Shown here in pieces: positions 48,150-57,326 of a DNA stretch of 64,000 nt; within the stretch, counting starts at the first letter, position 1; every line of letters starts with the position of its first letter. The stretch is from a virus (lineage: Duplodnaviria > Caudoviricetes), in IMG/VR virus record IMGVR_UViG_2823592041_000002, positions 64,001 through 128,000 of that record. One strand, written 5' to 3'. Below the pieces are notes generated by a model, which saw only the letters and a program-made list of their open reading frames with translations, did not search any database and was not told the origin of the DNA. The translations under genes and the position numbers were made by a program.

Positions 48150-50075
48150 ATGTTATTACCATCACTTTATCAAGAATTTATCCACTTATCCAGATATTCT
48201 AGGTGGTTAGAGGATAAGGGAAGACGAGAAACTTGGGAAGAGACAGTTGACAGATATATGGGATTTTTTAAAACTCATTTATTAGAAAACTATTCATATG
48301 AAATCCCACAAGCAACATATAAAAAAGTTAGATCATTCATTTTAGAATTAAAAGTGATGCCTTCAATGAGGGCATTAATGACTGCTGGCCCTGCTCTTAA
48401 AAGAGATAATGTTGCTGGATATAACTGTGCTTATACTGCTATTGATAAACTACGTGCATTTGATGAAATCCTCTACATCCTTATGTGCGGAACTGGTGTT
48501 GGATTTAGTGTAGAAAAATATCATGTAAAAAAATTACCAACAATTGCAGAAAGATTTGAAGATTCAGATACTACAATAGTTGTAGGAGATTCTAAAAAAG
48601 GTTGGGCAAAAGCATATCGTGAACTTGTTTCTCTTCTAGTTTCAGGTCAAGTTCCAAAGATTGATTATTCAAAAGTTCGACCCGCTGGAGCAAGATTAAA
48701 AGTTTTTGGTGGTAGAGCATCTGGCCCAGAACCGTTGAGGCAATTAATGGAATTCACTATCAGTACTTTTAGAAATGCTGCTGGTAGAAAATTATATCCA
48801 ATTGAATGTCATGATGTTGTATGTAAGATTGCTGAAATCGTGGTTGTTGGAGGGGTAAGACGTTCTGCACTTATTTCCTTATCCGACCTGAATGATGATA
48901 GAATGAGAAGTGCTAAATCAGGTCAGTGGTGGGTTATTGATCCACATAGAGCATTAGCAAACAACTCTGTATGTTATCGTGAAAGACCTGATATTGGAAC
49001 TTTTATGGAAGAGTGGTTGTCATTATATCGTTCAAAGTCTGGAGAACGTGGTATTTTCAATCGTCAAGCATCAAAGAAAACAGTTGAAAAATTAGATGGT
49101 AGACGAGAAATAGAATATGACTTTGGAACTAATCCTTGTTCTGAGATTATATTGAGGTCAAAAGAGTTTTGTAATCTATCAGAAGCTGTGGTTTCTAATG
49201 ATGATACTATTGAAACTCTGATGGAAAAGGTTGAAGTCGCTGCTATCATAGGAACTTGGCAATCTACACTAACACACTTTCCCTACTTATCAAAGCATTG
49301 GAGGGAGAACTGTGAAGAAGAAAGATTGCTTGGTGTATCTCTTACTGGTATTATGGATAGTGAAATCACTAACGGTAGAGGTGAAACTTCGCTAAAAGAA
49401 CTTCTCCCCCAACTAAAACAAAAGACTATTGAAATGAACGAGAAGGTTGCTGCTGAAATAGGTGTAAATCCTTCTGCTGCAATCACTTGTGTAAAACCTT
49501 CTGGAACAGTATCACAATTAGTAAATGCTGCTAGTGGTATTCACGCAAGACATTCTGAATATTATATCAGAACTGTTAGAGGTGATAAGAAAGACCCATT
49601 GGCTCAGTTTATGGTTGAAATGGGTTTCCCACATGAAGAATGTTTTATGAAACCTGAGCATCAATGGGTATTCAGTTTTCCAGTAAAGTCTCCTGAGAAT
49701 GCTGTATTCAGAAATGACATGTCTGCTATTGAACAGTTGGAATTGTGGTTAGACTATCAAAGACATTGGTGTGAACATAAACCTTCTGTAACAGTTTCTG
49801 TAAAAGAACATGAATGGTTTGAAGTTGGTTCTTGGGTGTGGAATCATTTTGATGAAGTTTCTGGTGTATCTTTTCTACCAAGTTCAGATCACACATATAA
49901 ACAAGCACCTTATCAAGAATGTGGTGTTGGGGAATATGAAGAACTTTTAGCAAAGATTCCACAAGATGTTGATTGGTCTGGATTGGAAAGATTTGAAAAA
50001 GAAGACAACACAAAAGGTGCTCAAACTTACAGTTGTACTGCTGGAAGTTGTGAAATAGTTGATTTGACTGACTAA
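48150..50075 (+). CDS. nrdJ: Class II (adenosylcobalamin-dependent) ribonucleotide reductase
   Basis: SRYSRW...RRETW.E, MPSMR, YNC, GGVRRSALI, TNPCSEI, VKPSGTVSQL, C-terminal CTAGSCE; no beta-subunit gene follows. Confidence 0.93.
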   Translation: MLLPSLYQEFIHLSRYSRWLEDKGRRETWEETVDRYMGFFKTHLLENYSYEIPQATYKKVRSFILELKVMPSMRALMTAGPALKRDNVAGYNCAYTAIDKLRAFDEILYILMCGTGVGFSVEKYHVKKLPTIAERFEDSDTTIVVGDSKKGWAKAYRELVSLLVSGQVPKIDYSKVRPAGARLKVFGGRASGPEPLRQLMEFTISTFRNAAGRKLYPIECHDVVCKIAEIVVVGGVRRSALISLSDLNDDRMRSAKSGQWWVIDPHRALANNSVCYRERPDIGTFMEEWLSLYRSKSGERGIFNRQASKKTVEKLDGRREIEYDFGTNPCSEIILRSKEFCNLSEAVVSNDDTIETLMEKVEVAAIIGTWQSTLTHFPYLSKHWRENCEEERLLGVSLTGIMDSEITNGRGETSLKELLPQLKQKTIEMNEKVAAEIGVNPSAAITCVKPSGTVSQLVNAASGIHARHSEYYIRTVRGDKKDPLAQFMVEMGFPHEECFMKPEHQWVFSFPVKSPENAVFRNDMSAIEQLELWLDYQRHWCEHKPSVTVSVKEHEWFEVGSWVWNHFDEVSGVSFLPSSDHTYKQAPYQECGVGEYEELLAKIPQDVDWSGLERFEKEDNTKGAQTYSCTAGSCEIVDLTD

Positions 50076-50079
50076 AGTA

Positions 50080-50087
50080 TATAAATA
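50080..50087 (+). promoter_or_regulatory. T4-type late promoter TATAAATA
   Basis: Exact consensus 5 nt before ATG 50093. Confidence 0.6.
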
Positions 50088-50092
50088 CTTGA

Positions 50093-51868
50093 ATGTCTAT
50101 AAAGTATAAACAAATATTTCTCGATTTTGATTCCACTATATCTAAAATAGAAGGGATAGATGTTTTATCGGATATTCAGAAATTAGACAATATAAAAGAA
50201 ATCACAAAACAGGGGATGGAAGGACAGATTGACTTAAAGAGGTCATATATAGAAAGAACCCAGCATCTGTCTTTCCACCCCCCTCATATGAAGATTGTTT
50301 CAGAAGTTTACATTGCTAATCTATACCCAGATGTTCAAGAGACTATCGATGTGTTGAAGTATTTTGATAAAGAGGTTGTAGTTGTAAGTGGTGGGTTTTA
50401 TGAGGCAATAGAACCGGTATGTAATCATCTTGGAATTGATACACTCTATGCTATCAAAACTGAAGGTGGTCTTGAAGATAGTGTTCTGATGAAACCTCAA
50501 GGTAAATGTGAGATTGTAAAGAAACACAAAACAGGAAACTCAGTATTCATAGGTGACGGTGTTACTGATGAAGTCACCAAAGATGTTGTTGAGAGAATGA
50601 TACCCTTTGCTGGTGTTGAGAAAAGGCAATGGATGGAAAACACTGATTTGATGTGTTATTCTGGAAAGAGTTTTCTTGGTCTTTTATGCCTAATATTAGA
50701 TGAAGAGGAATTTTCAATATTCCAAAAGAATTACCCTCAATTATCTGAGAAATCGTTATTATCTTGTGAAGTGAAAAACCCTTCAGAATCGGTTGCAAAC
50801 CTCTTAGAGAAGGGGATAAAACACTATCACATCCCTGGCCCAACTTCTATGCAAGAGGATATAAGAAACTTATCTTTCTCAATGATATCTCATAGGTCAC
50901 CAGAGTTCATGGAGATATATGATGAGGTTCAAAAAGAACTTAAAAGGTGCTTCAAAACAGATAACGAATTTCTAACAGCATGTTCTTCTGCTACTGGAAT
51001 GATGGAAGCAATATCAAACACTTTACCTGAAGGTGCAAAAGTATTGAGTTTACAATCTGGTGATTTTGGTAAAAGATTTTCTGATGTTGCTAAGAAGTGG
51101 AAATTGAATGTTACTGATGTCTGTGCTGAATATGGTAAGGCTATCACACTAGAGGATTTAGAAAAGTATTCAGATGAACATTTTGATGCTGTTTTTATAG
51201 TTCAAAGTGAAACAAGTTCTGGAACAAACAATGATATCAAAAAGATATCCGAATATCTGAAAGTCAAGAACCCTGATATATGGGTTTTCGTAGATGCTGT
51301 AACAGGTGCTTTTTCTACACCAATTGATATGAGTTTATGTGATGGTTACTTCTTTGGTTCTCAGAAATGTCTGAACCTAGAACCAGGAATGTCATTTCTC
51401 TGCATCTCTCCAAAGTTTGAGAAGTATATTGATTTGGATGAAGGAAGAGGATACTATTTCAATCTGAAAATATCCCTTGATAGACATAGATTGAGTATAA
51501 CACAGTTCACTCCTGCTGTGGGCGTTTTCCAAAAGTTAGAATACACACTCAAAAAACACTTTGCTGATATGGATGAAGTTCATAAAAGATATAGAGATAT
51601 ATCAGAAAGAATATGGAAATTTTGTGACGATGAAGGATTGGAGATGTATTGTAAAAAAGACAGTAGAACTCTTGGAGCAACCTGTATAGAACTTCCCAAA
51701 CATAAACCTAATCTCCTCAAAGAACTCAGAAAAAGAGGTGTGGTGATTGCTTCTGGATATAAAGTCTTGAAGAAAACACATTTCAGAATCAGTCATATGG
51801 GTTCTTTTGATATGGATGAATTGGAAGAAATGTTAAAAATATTCAAAGAAATTTTAGAAACTCCTTGA
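50093..51868 (+). CDS. Fusion of a SerB-like HAD phosphatase and a class V PLP aminotransferase
   Basis: DFDST, SGGF, K, GDGVTD; then IPGPT, HRS.EF, ETSSG, DAV, GSQK (PLP Lys), FRISHMG. Confidence 0.88.
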   Translation: MSIKYKQIFLDFDSTISKIEGIDVLSDIQKLDNIKEITKQGMEGQIDLKRSYIERTQHLSFHPPHMKIVSEVYIANLYPDVQETIDVLKYFDKEVVVVSGGFYEAIEPVCNHLGIDTLYAIKTEGGLEDSVLMKPQGKCEIVKKHKTGNSVFIGDGVTDEVTKDVVERMIPFAGVEKRQWMENTDLMCYSGKSFLGLLCLILDEEEFSIFQKNYPQLSEKSLLSCEVKNPSESVANLLEKGIKHYHIPGPTSMQEDIRNLSFSMISHRSPEFMEIYDEVQKELKRCFKTDNEFLTACSSATGMMEAISNTLPEGAKVLSLQSGDFGKRFSDVAKKWKLNVTDVCAEYGKAITLEDLEKYSDEHFDAVFIVQSETSSGTNNDIKKISEYLKVKNPDIWVFVDAVTGAFSTPIDMSLCDGYFFGSQKCLNLEPGMSFLCISPKFEKYIDLDEGRGYYFNLKISLDRHRLSITQFTPAVGVFQKLEYTLKKHFADMDEVHKRYRDISERIWKFCDDEGLEMYCKKDSRTLGATCIELPKHKPNLLKELRKRGVVIASGYKVLKKTHFRISHMGSFDMDELEEMLKIFKEILETP

Positions 51869-51893
51869 CTTCTCCCCTCAAATACTTTATAAT
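51865..51893 (+). promoter_or_regulatory. Sigma70-type early promoter
   Basis: TTGACT-17-TATAAT. Confidence 0.7.
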
Positions 51894-51921
51894 AGTAATA
51901 TAGAGTAAAAAGGAGATAGTA

Positions 51922-52110
51922 ATGAAAGAGTTCACGCTAGTATTAATCGACAATAATCAGAATATAAATATCTATAAGCAAGATACTTTTGACGAAACTG
52001 TCAAAAAAATCGTTGAATTAAGAGATTCATATGAGAATTTCGACACAAAAGAAATAAAATGGATTCTCTACAAAGGTAACGATATTCTTGCCAGTAAGGA
52101 TATAGAATGA
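51922..52110 (+). CDS. Hypothetical protein
   Basis: AAGGAG SD; promoter upstream. Confidence 0.65.
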   Translation: MKEFTLVLIDNNQNINIYKQDTFDETVKKIVELRDSYENFDTKEIKWILYKGNDILASKDIE

Positions 52111-52256
52111 CGAAACGTGAAAAGATTTTGGTAATATGGATTGTGATAATGACTTGGGGTCATATCATTTACAACAAATATTTGATTGAATGTAACAGAT
52201 TGTTTATGCACGATATGTTCAGAGCATTTAGGAATTTGACAAACTCCTTTACATGA
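52107..52256 (+). CDS. 49-aa membrane peptide, absent from the ORF track
   Basis: MTKREKILVIWIVIMTWGHIIYNKYLIECNRLFMHDMFRAFRNLTNSFT; ATGA overlaps with both neighbours. Confidence 0.55.
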   Translation: MTKREKILVIWIVIMTWGHIIYNKYLIECNRLFMHDMFRAFRNLTNSFT

Positions 52257-52792
52257 TAATAGCTGGAATAGACTACAGTATGAGTTGTCCGTCACTCTGT
52301 ATTTTTGATACTGAGTTGGATTTCACTTTCCAAAATTGCGACTTTTACTATCTAATAGATAAGAAAACCAAAATCATAGAAGAAGGAAATATACATGGTG
52401 AATATTATTCAAAGGATTCTGAAAATGTTAAAAGGTTCGATCATATATCGGACTGGGCAATCACTATTCTCAAAAACCAAAAAGTCAATCACGTATATTT
52501 GGAAGGGTATTCCATGGGTTCTAGGGGTAGAGTCTTCCACATCGCAGAAAACACAGGTGTCCTCAAACAAAAAATCTACAAAGCAGGAATTACTTTCGAA
52601 GTTATCCCGCCTTCGACATGGAAAAAAGAAGTAGTCGGTAAAGGGAATGCTGACAAACAATATGTTTATGAATCTTTGGGTATAGACTTGAAGACGAAAT
52701 TTAAATCAAAATCAATAACGAGCCCTATAAACGATATCGCTGATTCATATTTTATATGTAAGTATGGAAGCTTGACAACTCAATCCCAATAG
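52253..52792 (+). CDS. RuvC-like Holliday junction resolvase
   Basis: AGIDYS, YLEGY, IAENTG.LK, GKGNADK, DIADS. Confidence 0.85.
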   Translation: MIIAGIDYSMSCPSLCIFDTELDFTFQNCDFYYLIDKKTKIIEEGNIHGEYYSKDSENVKRFDHISDWAITILKNQKVNHVYLEGYSMGSRGRVFHIAENTGVLKQKIYKAGITFEVIPPSTWKKEVVGKGNADKQYVYESLGIDLKTKFKSKSITSPINDIADSYFICKYGSLTTQSQ

Positions 52793-52800
52793 TTTATAAT
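52772..52800 (+). promoter_or_regulatory. Sigma70-type early promoter
   Basis: TTGACA-17-TATAAT. Confidence 0.75.
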
Positions 52801-52821
52801 ATAAAGAAAAAGGAGTTTACC

Positions 52822-53646
52822 ATGCAGCAAAGAATGGTAGATGCTGAAGGAACTTATGTCTTTGGTACAAAACCAGTGTGGACTGATGAAGAAGTCCACA
52901 TTGAAGATGCTAGAATATACAAAGCTATAAACTGGTATTCTTACAAATATGATAAATCTGTTGTTAAGAGTATACTGATAGAGTATTTCAAAGAAGTTGA
53001 AGATGAAAAGTATGTGAATCAAATCAAGACATATGATGAAAACAAAATACGTTCATCTGTTGCTTGGATATGTGATATGATTCTGAGTGGACTTGTTCTA
53101 GTTGACCCTAAAAGTGTTTTTCTGAATAAGATAGAAGATCTAAAAAACAACCCTAAAAAGTTCACGAAAGAATTGGAAATAAAGAAAATAGATAAAAAAG
53201 AGGTTAAAAAAGTCTCACCTATGGCAAGAGTTCGTAGATTTTTTACCAAAATAGTTTCCGAAATTGATCAAGAAATTGATGACTTTATCATCAATGGCTA
53301 CAAAACGAGCTTCAATGTCAAAAAGTATTCAAAAACTATCAAGCCAATTTACGGTAAAATGATTTCTCAACACTATCAATCTTTATTAACAGAATTACAA
53401 TCTGTTGTTGATCGAGAGGATATAGAACTAGTTGAATCATATTCATATATGAAAAGATCCGAATTAAGACGATTTGTTAAATTCATAAAAGAAATCGTTG
53501 ATATCTTCGGCCAAGTCAAGAATAAGAGAACTAAGAAAAAAGCAACCAAAAGAAAAAGGGTTGCAAAAGAGAAAACAAAACCTAGAAAGCCTAAAAAACA
53601 GGCAGACATACAATTGAAAACAGTACCTATAACAGATTTTATGTGA
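52822..53646 (+). CDS. Conserved T4-like hypothetical protein, Lys-rich tail
   Basis: A.NWYSY, D.EL.ESYS motifs; position upstream of rnh. Confidence 0.65.
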   Translation: MQQRMVDAEGTYVFGTKPVWTDEEVHIEDARIYKAINWYSYKYDKSVVKSILIEYFKEVEDEKYVNQIKTYDENKIRSSVAWICDMILSGLVLVDPKSVFLNKIEDLKNNPKKFTKELEIKKIDKKEVKKVSPMARVRRFFTKIVSEIDQEIDDFIINGYKTSFNVKKYSKTIKPIYGKMISQHYQSLLTELQSVVDREDIELVESYSYMKRSELRRFVKFIKEIVDIFGQVKNKRTKKKATKRKRVAKEKTKPRKPKKQADIQLKTVPITDFM

Positions 53647-53667
53647 TCCATACAAGGAGTATTTATA

Positions 53668-54546
53668 ATGATATTAGTTGACTTTAGTCAGATAATGGTT
53701 TCCAACCTAATGGTGATGATTGCGAGAAATGAATATGACCCAATATTTTTTAGACATTGGGTCTTGAATTCTTTAAGACAATACAATGTTAAATTCAGAG
53801 GTGATTATGGTGAAATGACTATATGTTGCGATTCACCGTCTTGGAGGAGAGAATATTTTCCTCACTATAAAATGAACCGAAAGAAGAAAAGAGCAGCAGA
53901 TGATATAGATTGGGATTCAGTATTTAAGAACTTCAATGAAACTATAGAGATGATTGATAACAATTTTCCATATAAGGTTTTGAGGGTTGATAAATCTGAA
54001 GCAGATGATATTATCGCAGTATCAGTAAAGAACTTTAGAGAAACAACACAAGAACCTATATTGATTATTTCCTCTGATAAAGATTTCATGCAATTAAAAA
54101 AACATGGTAATGTGAAACAGTATTGCCCAAGGAATAAAAAATTCATTAATGAAGTCACTGATTTAGAAGTTATTCATGATAATCTATTAGTTCATATCAT
54201 AACAGGAGATACATCTGACGGAATTCCAAATATTTTTTCTGATGATGATGCTTTAGTTAATGAAGAGAAGAAACAAAACAGAGCAACTAAAAAGAGAGTT
54301 GAGGATGTTAAGAATGAGATCAAATCAAATCTTATAAATAAGTATAGTTCCGCTATTTCTAGAAACACAGTGCTGATAGATTTGGATAAAATTCCTGATT
54401 ATGTAGTGAGTGAAATAATAGAACATATAAATAAAGATAGAAAAGGGAATATGAAGAAGTGTTTTTCATATTTAATGAAGAACCATTACAAAGAATTGAT
54501 AAAACGGATTGACGATTTCAAACCGTTAAAATATGGTGGAGAATAG
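53668..54546 (+). CDS. rnh: T4-type RNase H / 5'-3' flap exonuclease
   Basis: MILVD.SQ, WRR..FP.YK..R, EADDII, SSDKDF.QL, GD.SDGIPN. Confidence 0.93.
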   Translation: MILVDFSQIMVSNLMVMIARNEYDPIFFRHWVLNSLRQYNVKFRGDYGEMTICCDSPSWRREYFPHYKMNRKKKRAADDIDWDSVFKNFNETIEMIDNNFPYKVLRVDKSEADDIIAVSVKNFRETTQEPILIISSDKDFMQLKKHGNVKQYCPRNKKFINEVTDLEVIHDNLLVHIITGDTSDGIPNIFSDDDALVNEEKKQNRATKKRVEDVKNEIKSNLINKYSSAISRNTVLIDLDKIPDYVVSEIIEHINKDRKGNMKKCFSYLMKNHYKELIKRIDDFKPLKYGGE

Positions 54547-54549
54547 AAA

Positions 54550-55155
54550 ATGAGAAGATTGAGTATACCAGAAATTTTGGATAGTTTAGAAACAAAAGAA
54601 TCTAATGAAAGAATTCAAATTCTTAGAAAGAATGATTCAAAAAGTTTGAGACATATTTTGCATGTATCATTTAACCCCCATGTACAGATTATTTTACCAA
54701 ATGAGAGACCAACACAATTAAAAATAGAAGAAAGTCCAGTTGGTTTATCTTCAAACACTTTATATCAACAATCGAGAAAATTGAAAATATTTTTAAAAGA
54801 TACTGGTTATGATCATTTAAGTAATTCTAAAAGGGAATCACTATTCACCCAGATTTTAGAATCAATCCATAGTAGTGAAGCTGAATTGTTATTACAAATT
54901 TGTGTGGATAGAAAATTGAAATCTTCACTAACATATGAAGAAGTTTCAGAAGCATTTCCAGAATTACTTCCTGTTGTTGAAGTGACATCTGAACCAGAAC
55001 CTGTTGTTGAAGTTGCAGCTGAAGAAGAGCAGCCCAAAGTTTATAAAAATCTTCAAGAATTGTATAAAGAAGAGATTCCGAAAGCTAAAGCGAAAGCTAA
55101 AGAAAAAAGTAAAAAAAGTAAAAATAAAAAATCTTCTAAAAAGAAGAGTAAGTGA
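54550..55155 (+). CDS. Conserved T4-like hypothetical protein following rnh
   Basis: KRE.LF.Q.LE.IH..EAELL, V.EAFP; Lys-rich tail. Confidence 0.7.
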   Translation: MRRLSIPEILDSLETKESNERIQILRKNDSKSLRHILHVSFNPHVQIILPNERPTQLKIEESPVGLSSNTLYQQSRKLKIFLKDTGYDHLSNSKRESLFTQILESIHSSEAELLLQICVDRKLKSSLTYEEVSEAFPELLPVVEVTSEPEPVVEVAAEEEQPKVYKNLQELYKEEIPKAKAKAKEKSKKSKNKKSSKKKSK

Positions 55156-55165
55156 GTTATAGATT

Positions 55166-55441
55166 ATGTTTATTGAGTATTCTGTTTTATCTTTGTACCT
55201 AATATTTTCGGTGATATTTCTCGTTGCCGTTTGGTTTTATGTGGAATCATCTTCACATCAAATCGGCTATGAGGATGGTAAAGATGTTGGAATTAAGATT
55301 GGAACCAATATTGGTTTTATAAACTGTATGGATGAATTAAAGAAGCAAGGCGTTATTGAAGTAAAGTCAGATGGAACTATTGTAGCAAAAAAACCTCCAA
55401 CAAAAAGGAAAGCGAAAAAAGATGACGAAGATAAAAAGTAG
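55166..55441 (+). CDS. Small membrane protein
   Basis: N-terminal TM helix; GxxxG repeats. Confidence 0.6.
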   Translation: MFIEYSVLSLYLIFSVIFLVAVWFYVESSSHQIGYEDGKDVGIKIGTNIGFINCMDELKKQGVIEVKSDGTIVAKKPPTKRKAKKDDEDKK

Positions 55442-55463
55442 GTGATTTTTATAAGTGGGGGAT

Positions 55464-56663
55464 ATGTTTAAAATACTACTTTTTCTATTTTGCGTCTGTA
55501 ATGTTGTTGCAGATAATGAAGTTTTTGAAAGAATAAAGAATGGAACCGTTGTTATCAAGAGGATGATGGGTTCTGAAAGTAGACATTTTTTCAAGAATGT
55601 TGGTTCTGGGTTTATAGTCGATCCTAAAAAAGGCTATGTTATGACTTGTGCTCATGTTCTTGCTGGTTGGCAGGAAAGAGACAAAGACAATAGGACTTTA
55701 GCTATTGGTTTGTTTGATGGAAGAACCGTCAAAGCAAAACCTGTATTAATGTATTATAATAGAGATATTGCAATAGTACAGATAATACCAAATCAATATG
55801 TGAAGTTGCCATTACCTGATGATTATTCCGTATCATTTAGACATTCCAGTGATTTAGGTATGGGTGAGAATGTTTTTGTTCTTGGTAATCCTATGGGTAT
55901 GCAAAGAATAATGACTTCTGGTATTATCTCAAGTTTAGGCAAAAGGGTTATGATGCCCGCTCCAACACTTTATGAGAATATGATCCAAACAGATGCTATC
56001 GTTTTAGGTGGTAATTCTGGTGGGGGGTTATTTGATTCTTCTGGTAGTGTTATTGGATTAGTAGTAATATCCGTCAAAGAAAAATATGGTTTAGCAGTCC
56101 CAAGTGCATTATTGATGCAGGTTTGGGATAATTTCGTTAATAGACGAAGTATACAAGCACCTATGATAGGGATTGCTGCAAGGTCTTCAAGTAAGAAAGA
56201 TGATAAGAGAATAAACTATCAATCACATCTGGGTGTTATTGTAAATAAAGTTCTGAGAGGTTCTCCAGCTGCGAAAGTGTTAAAAGCAGGAGATTACATT
56301 GTCAGTTTAAATGGTGAAAGAACTTATGCTACATCAACTTTAAGAGCATTATTGCATCAAGAAAAAGTTGGTTCAGAACATCAAATCACTTATTTTAGAA
56401 AAGGTAAGATAAAAACTTCCAAAATAAAAACAGTGAATTCATATTTTGATTTACGACAAGAAGATATTGTTATCAGTAAACAAGATACGAAGATGGCTAA
56501 AAGGAAGATCAAGAGAAAGAACATGCAAATGGAGATATTCAAAAATTTGTATGGTGTTCCAAAGATCAAAAGAAGTATAACAAAGAAAGACAGAAAAAAC
56601 AAAGTCACAAAATATCAGAAAAAATATAGAAAAACCTTAATGAAGATGGGTAATTATATTTGA
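55464..56663 (+). CDS. HtrA/DegP-family serine protease with PDZ domain and signal peptide
   Basis: GSGFIV, TCAHV, DIA, GNP.G, IQTDA, GNSGG triad; PDZ GSPA...LKAGD.I; hydrophobic N-terminus from ATG 55464. Confidence 0.92.
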   Translation: MFKILLFLFCVCNVVADNEVFERIKNGTVVIKRMMGSESRHFFKNVGSGFIVDPKKGYVMTCAHVLAGWQERDKDNRTLAIGLFDGRTVKAKPVLMYYNRDIAIVQIIPNQYVKLPLPDDYSVSFRHSSDLGMGENVFVLGNPMGMQRIMTSGIISSLGKRVMMPAPTLYENMIQTDAIVLGGNSGGGLFDSSGSVIGLVVISVKEKYGLAVPSALLMQVWDNFVNRRSIQAPMIGIAARSSSKKDDKRINYQSHLGVIVNKVLRGSPAAKVLKAGDYIVSLNGERTYATSTLRALLHQEKVGSEHQITYFRKGKIKTSKIKTVNSYFDLRQEDIVISKQDTKMAKRKIKRKNMQMEIFKNLYGVPKIKRSITKKDRKNKVTKYQKKYRKTLMKMGNYI

Positions 56664-56688
56664 CATGAATCTCTCCTTATAGTATAAT
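56660..56688 (+). promoter_or_regulatory. Sigma70-type early promoter
   Basis: TTGACA-17-TATAAT. Confidence 0.75.
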
Positions 56689-56707
56689 AGTAATATAAGG
56701 GGAAAAG

Positions 56708-57271
56708 ATGAATGTATTTGTTTTAGATAAAGACCCAGTAAAAGCTGCGGTACAACAGTGTGACAAACATATTGTGAAGATGATACTGGAGAGTGCTCAA
56801 ATGCTCTCTACATCTCACAGGATGTTGGATGGTGTCAAGGTCAGAAAACCTTCCAAGTCAGGTAAGACAACAGTCAATCACTATATTCTACCAGATCATC
56901 CACATGAGAGTGTTCTATACAAAGCTGTACATTTCAACCACCCTTGTACGGTATGGACTAGAGAAAGTCTAGAAAATTATGAATGGCATTACAGGCATTT
57001 TGTTGCGTTATGCGACGAATACAGGTACAGGTATGGTAAGGTACATCAAAGTGATAGAATCCTTCGAGAAGTCCTTAAAACACCCCCTAAGAACATACCA
57101 CAGAAGGGTTTGACGCAATTTCCACTAGCTATGAACACAAATCCAGAGTGTATGTTTCCAAAAGACCCAGTAAAATCGTATAGAATGTTCTATCAGACTA
57201 AACAAAAACGATTTTCTATGGTGTGGTCTAAAAGAAAAATACCCAAATGGTTTAAAAAGTTGACTAAATAA
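56708..57271 (+). CDS. Pyrimidine-dimer DNA glycosylase-like protein
   Basis: MNVF.LD.DP..AA...CDKHIVKM.LE.AQMLST.HR, LYK..H.NHPC..W, EY..RYGK.H. Confidence 0.8.
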   Translation: MNVFVLDKDPVKAAVQQCDKHIVKMILESAQMLSTSHRMLDGVKVRKPSKSGKTTVNHYILPDHPHESVLYKAVHFNHPCTVWTRESLENYEWHYRHFVALCDEYRYRYGKVHQSDRILREVLKTPPKNIPQKGLTQFPLAMNTNPECMFPKDPVKSYRMFYQTKQKRFSMVWSKRKIPKWFKKLTK

Positions 57272-57326
57272 CTTGGAATAGTATATTATTTATGATAGAA
57301 TAGATTATGGTGAAATTCATAAGGAT

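Noticed and set aside
22584-50075. Introns, inteins or homing endonucleases in gp43, gp41 or nrdJ
   Set aside because: The ORFs are continuous and of normal length, with no splice-junction or endonuclease motifs seen.
50093-51868. PhnW-PhnX phosphonate degradation fusion
   Set aside because: HAD motif I is DFDST (SerB type), not the DWAGT of phosphonatase.
4468-56663. Lys-rich C-terminal tails in many ORFs as a targeting signal
   Set aside because: These are plausibly a by-product of A-rich composition, and no shared motif beyond charge is evident.
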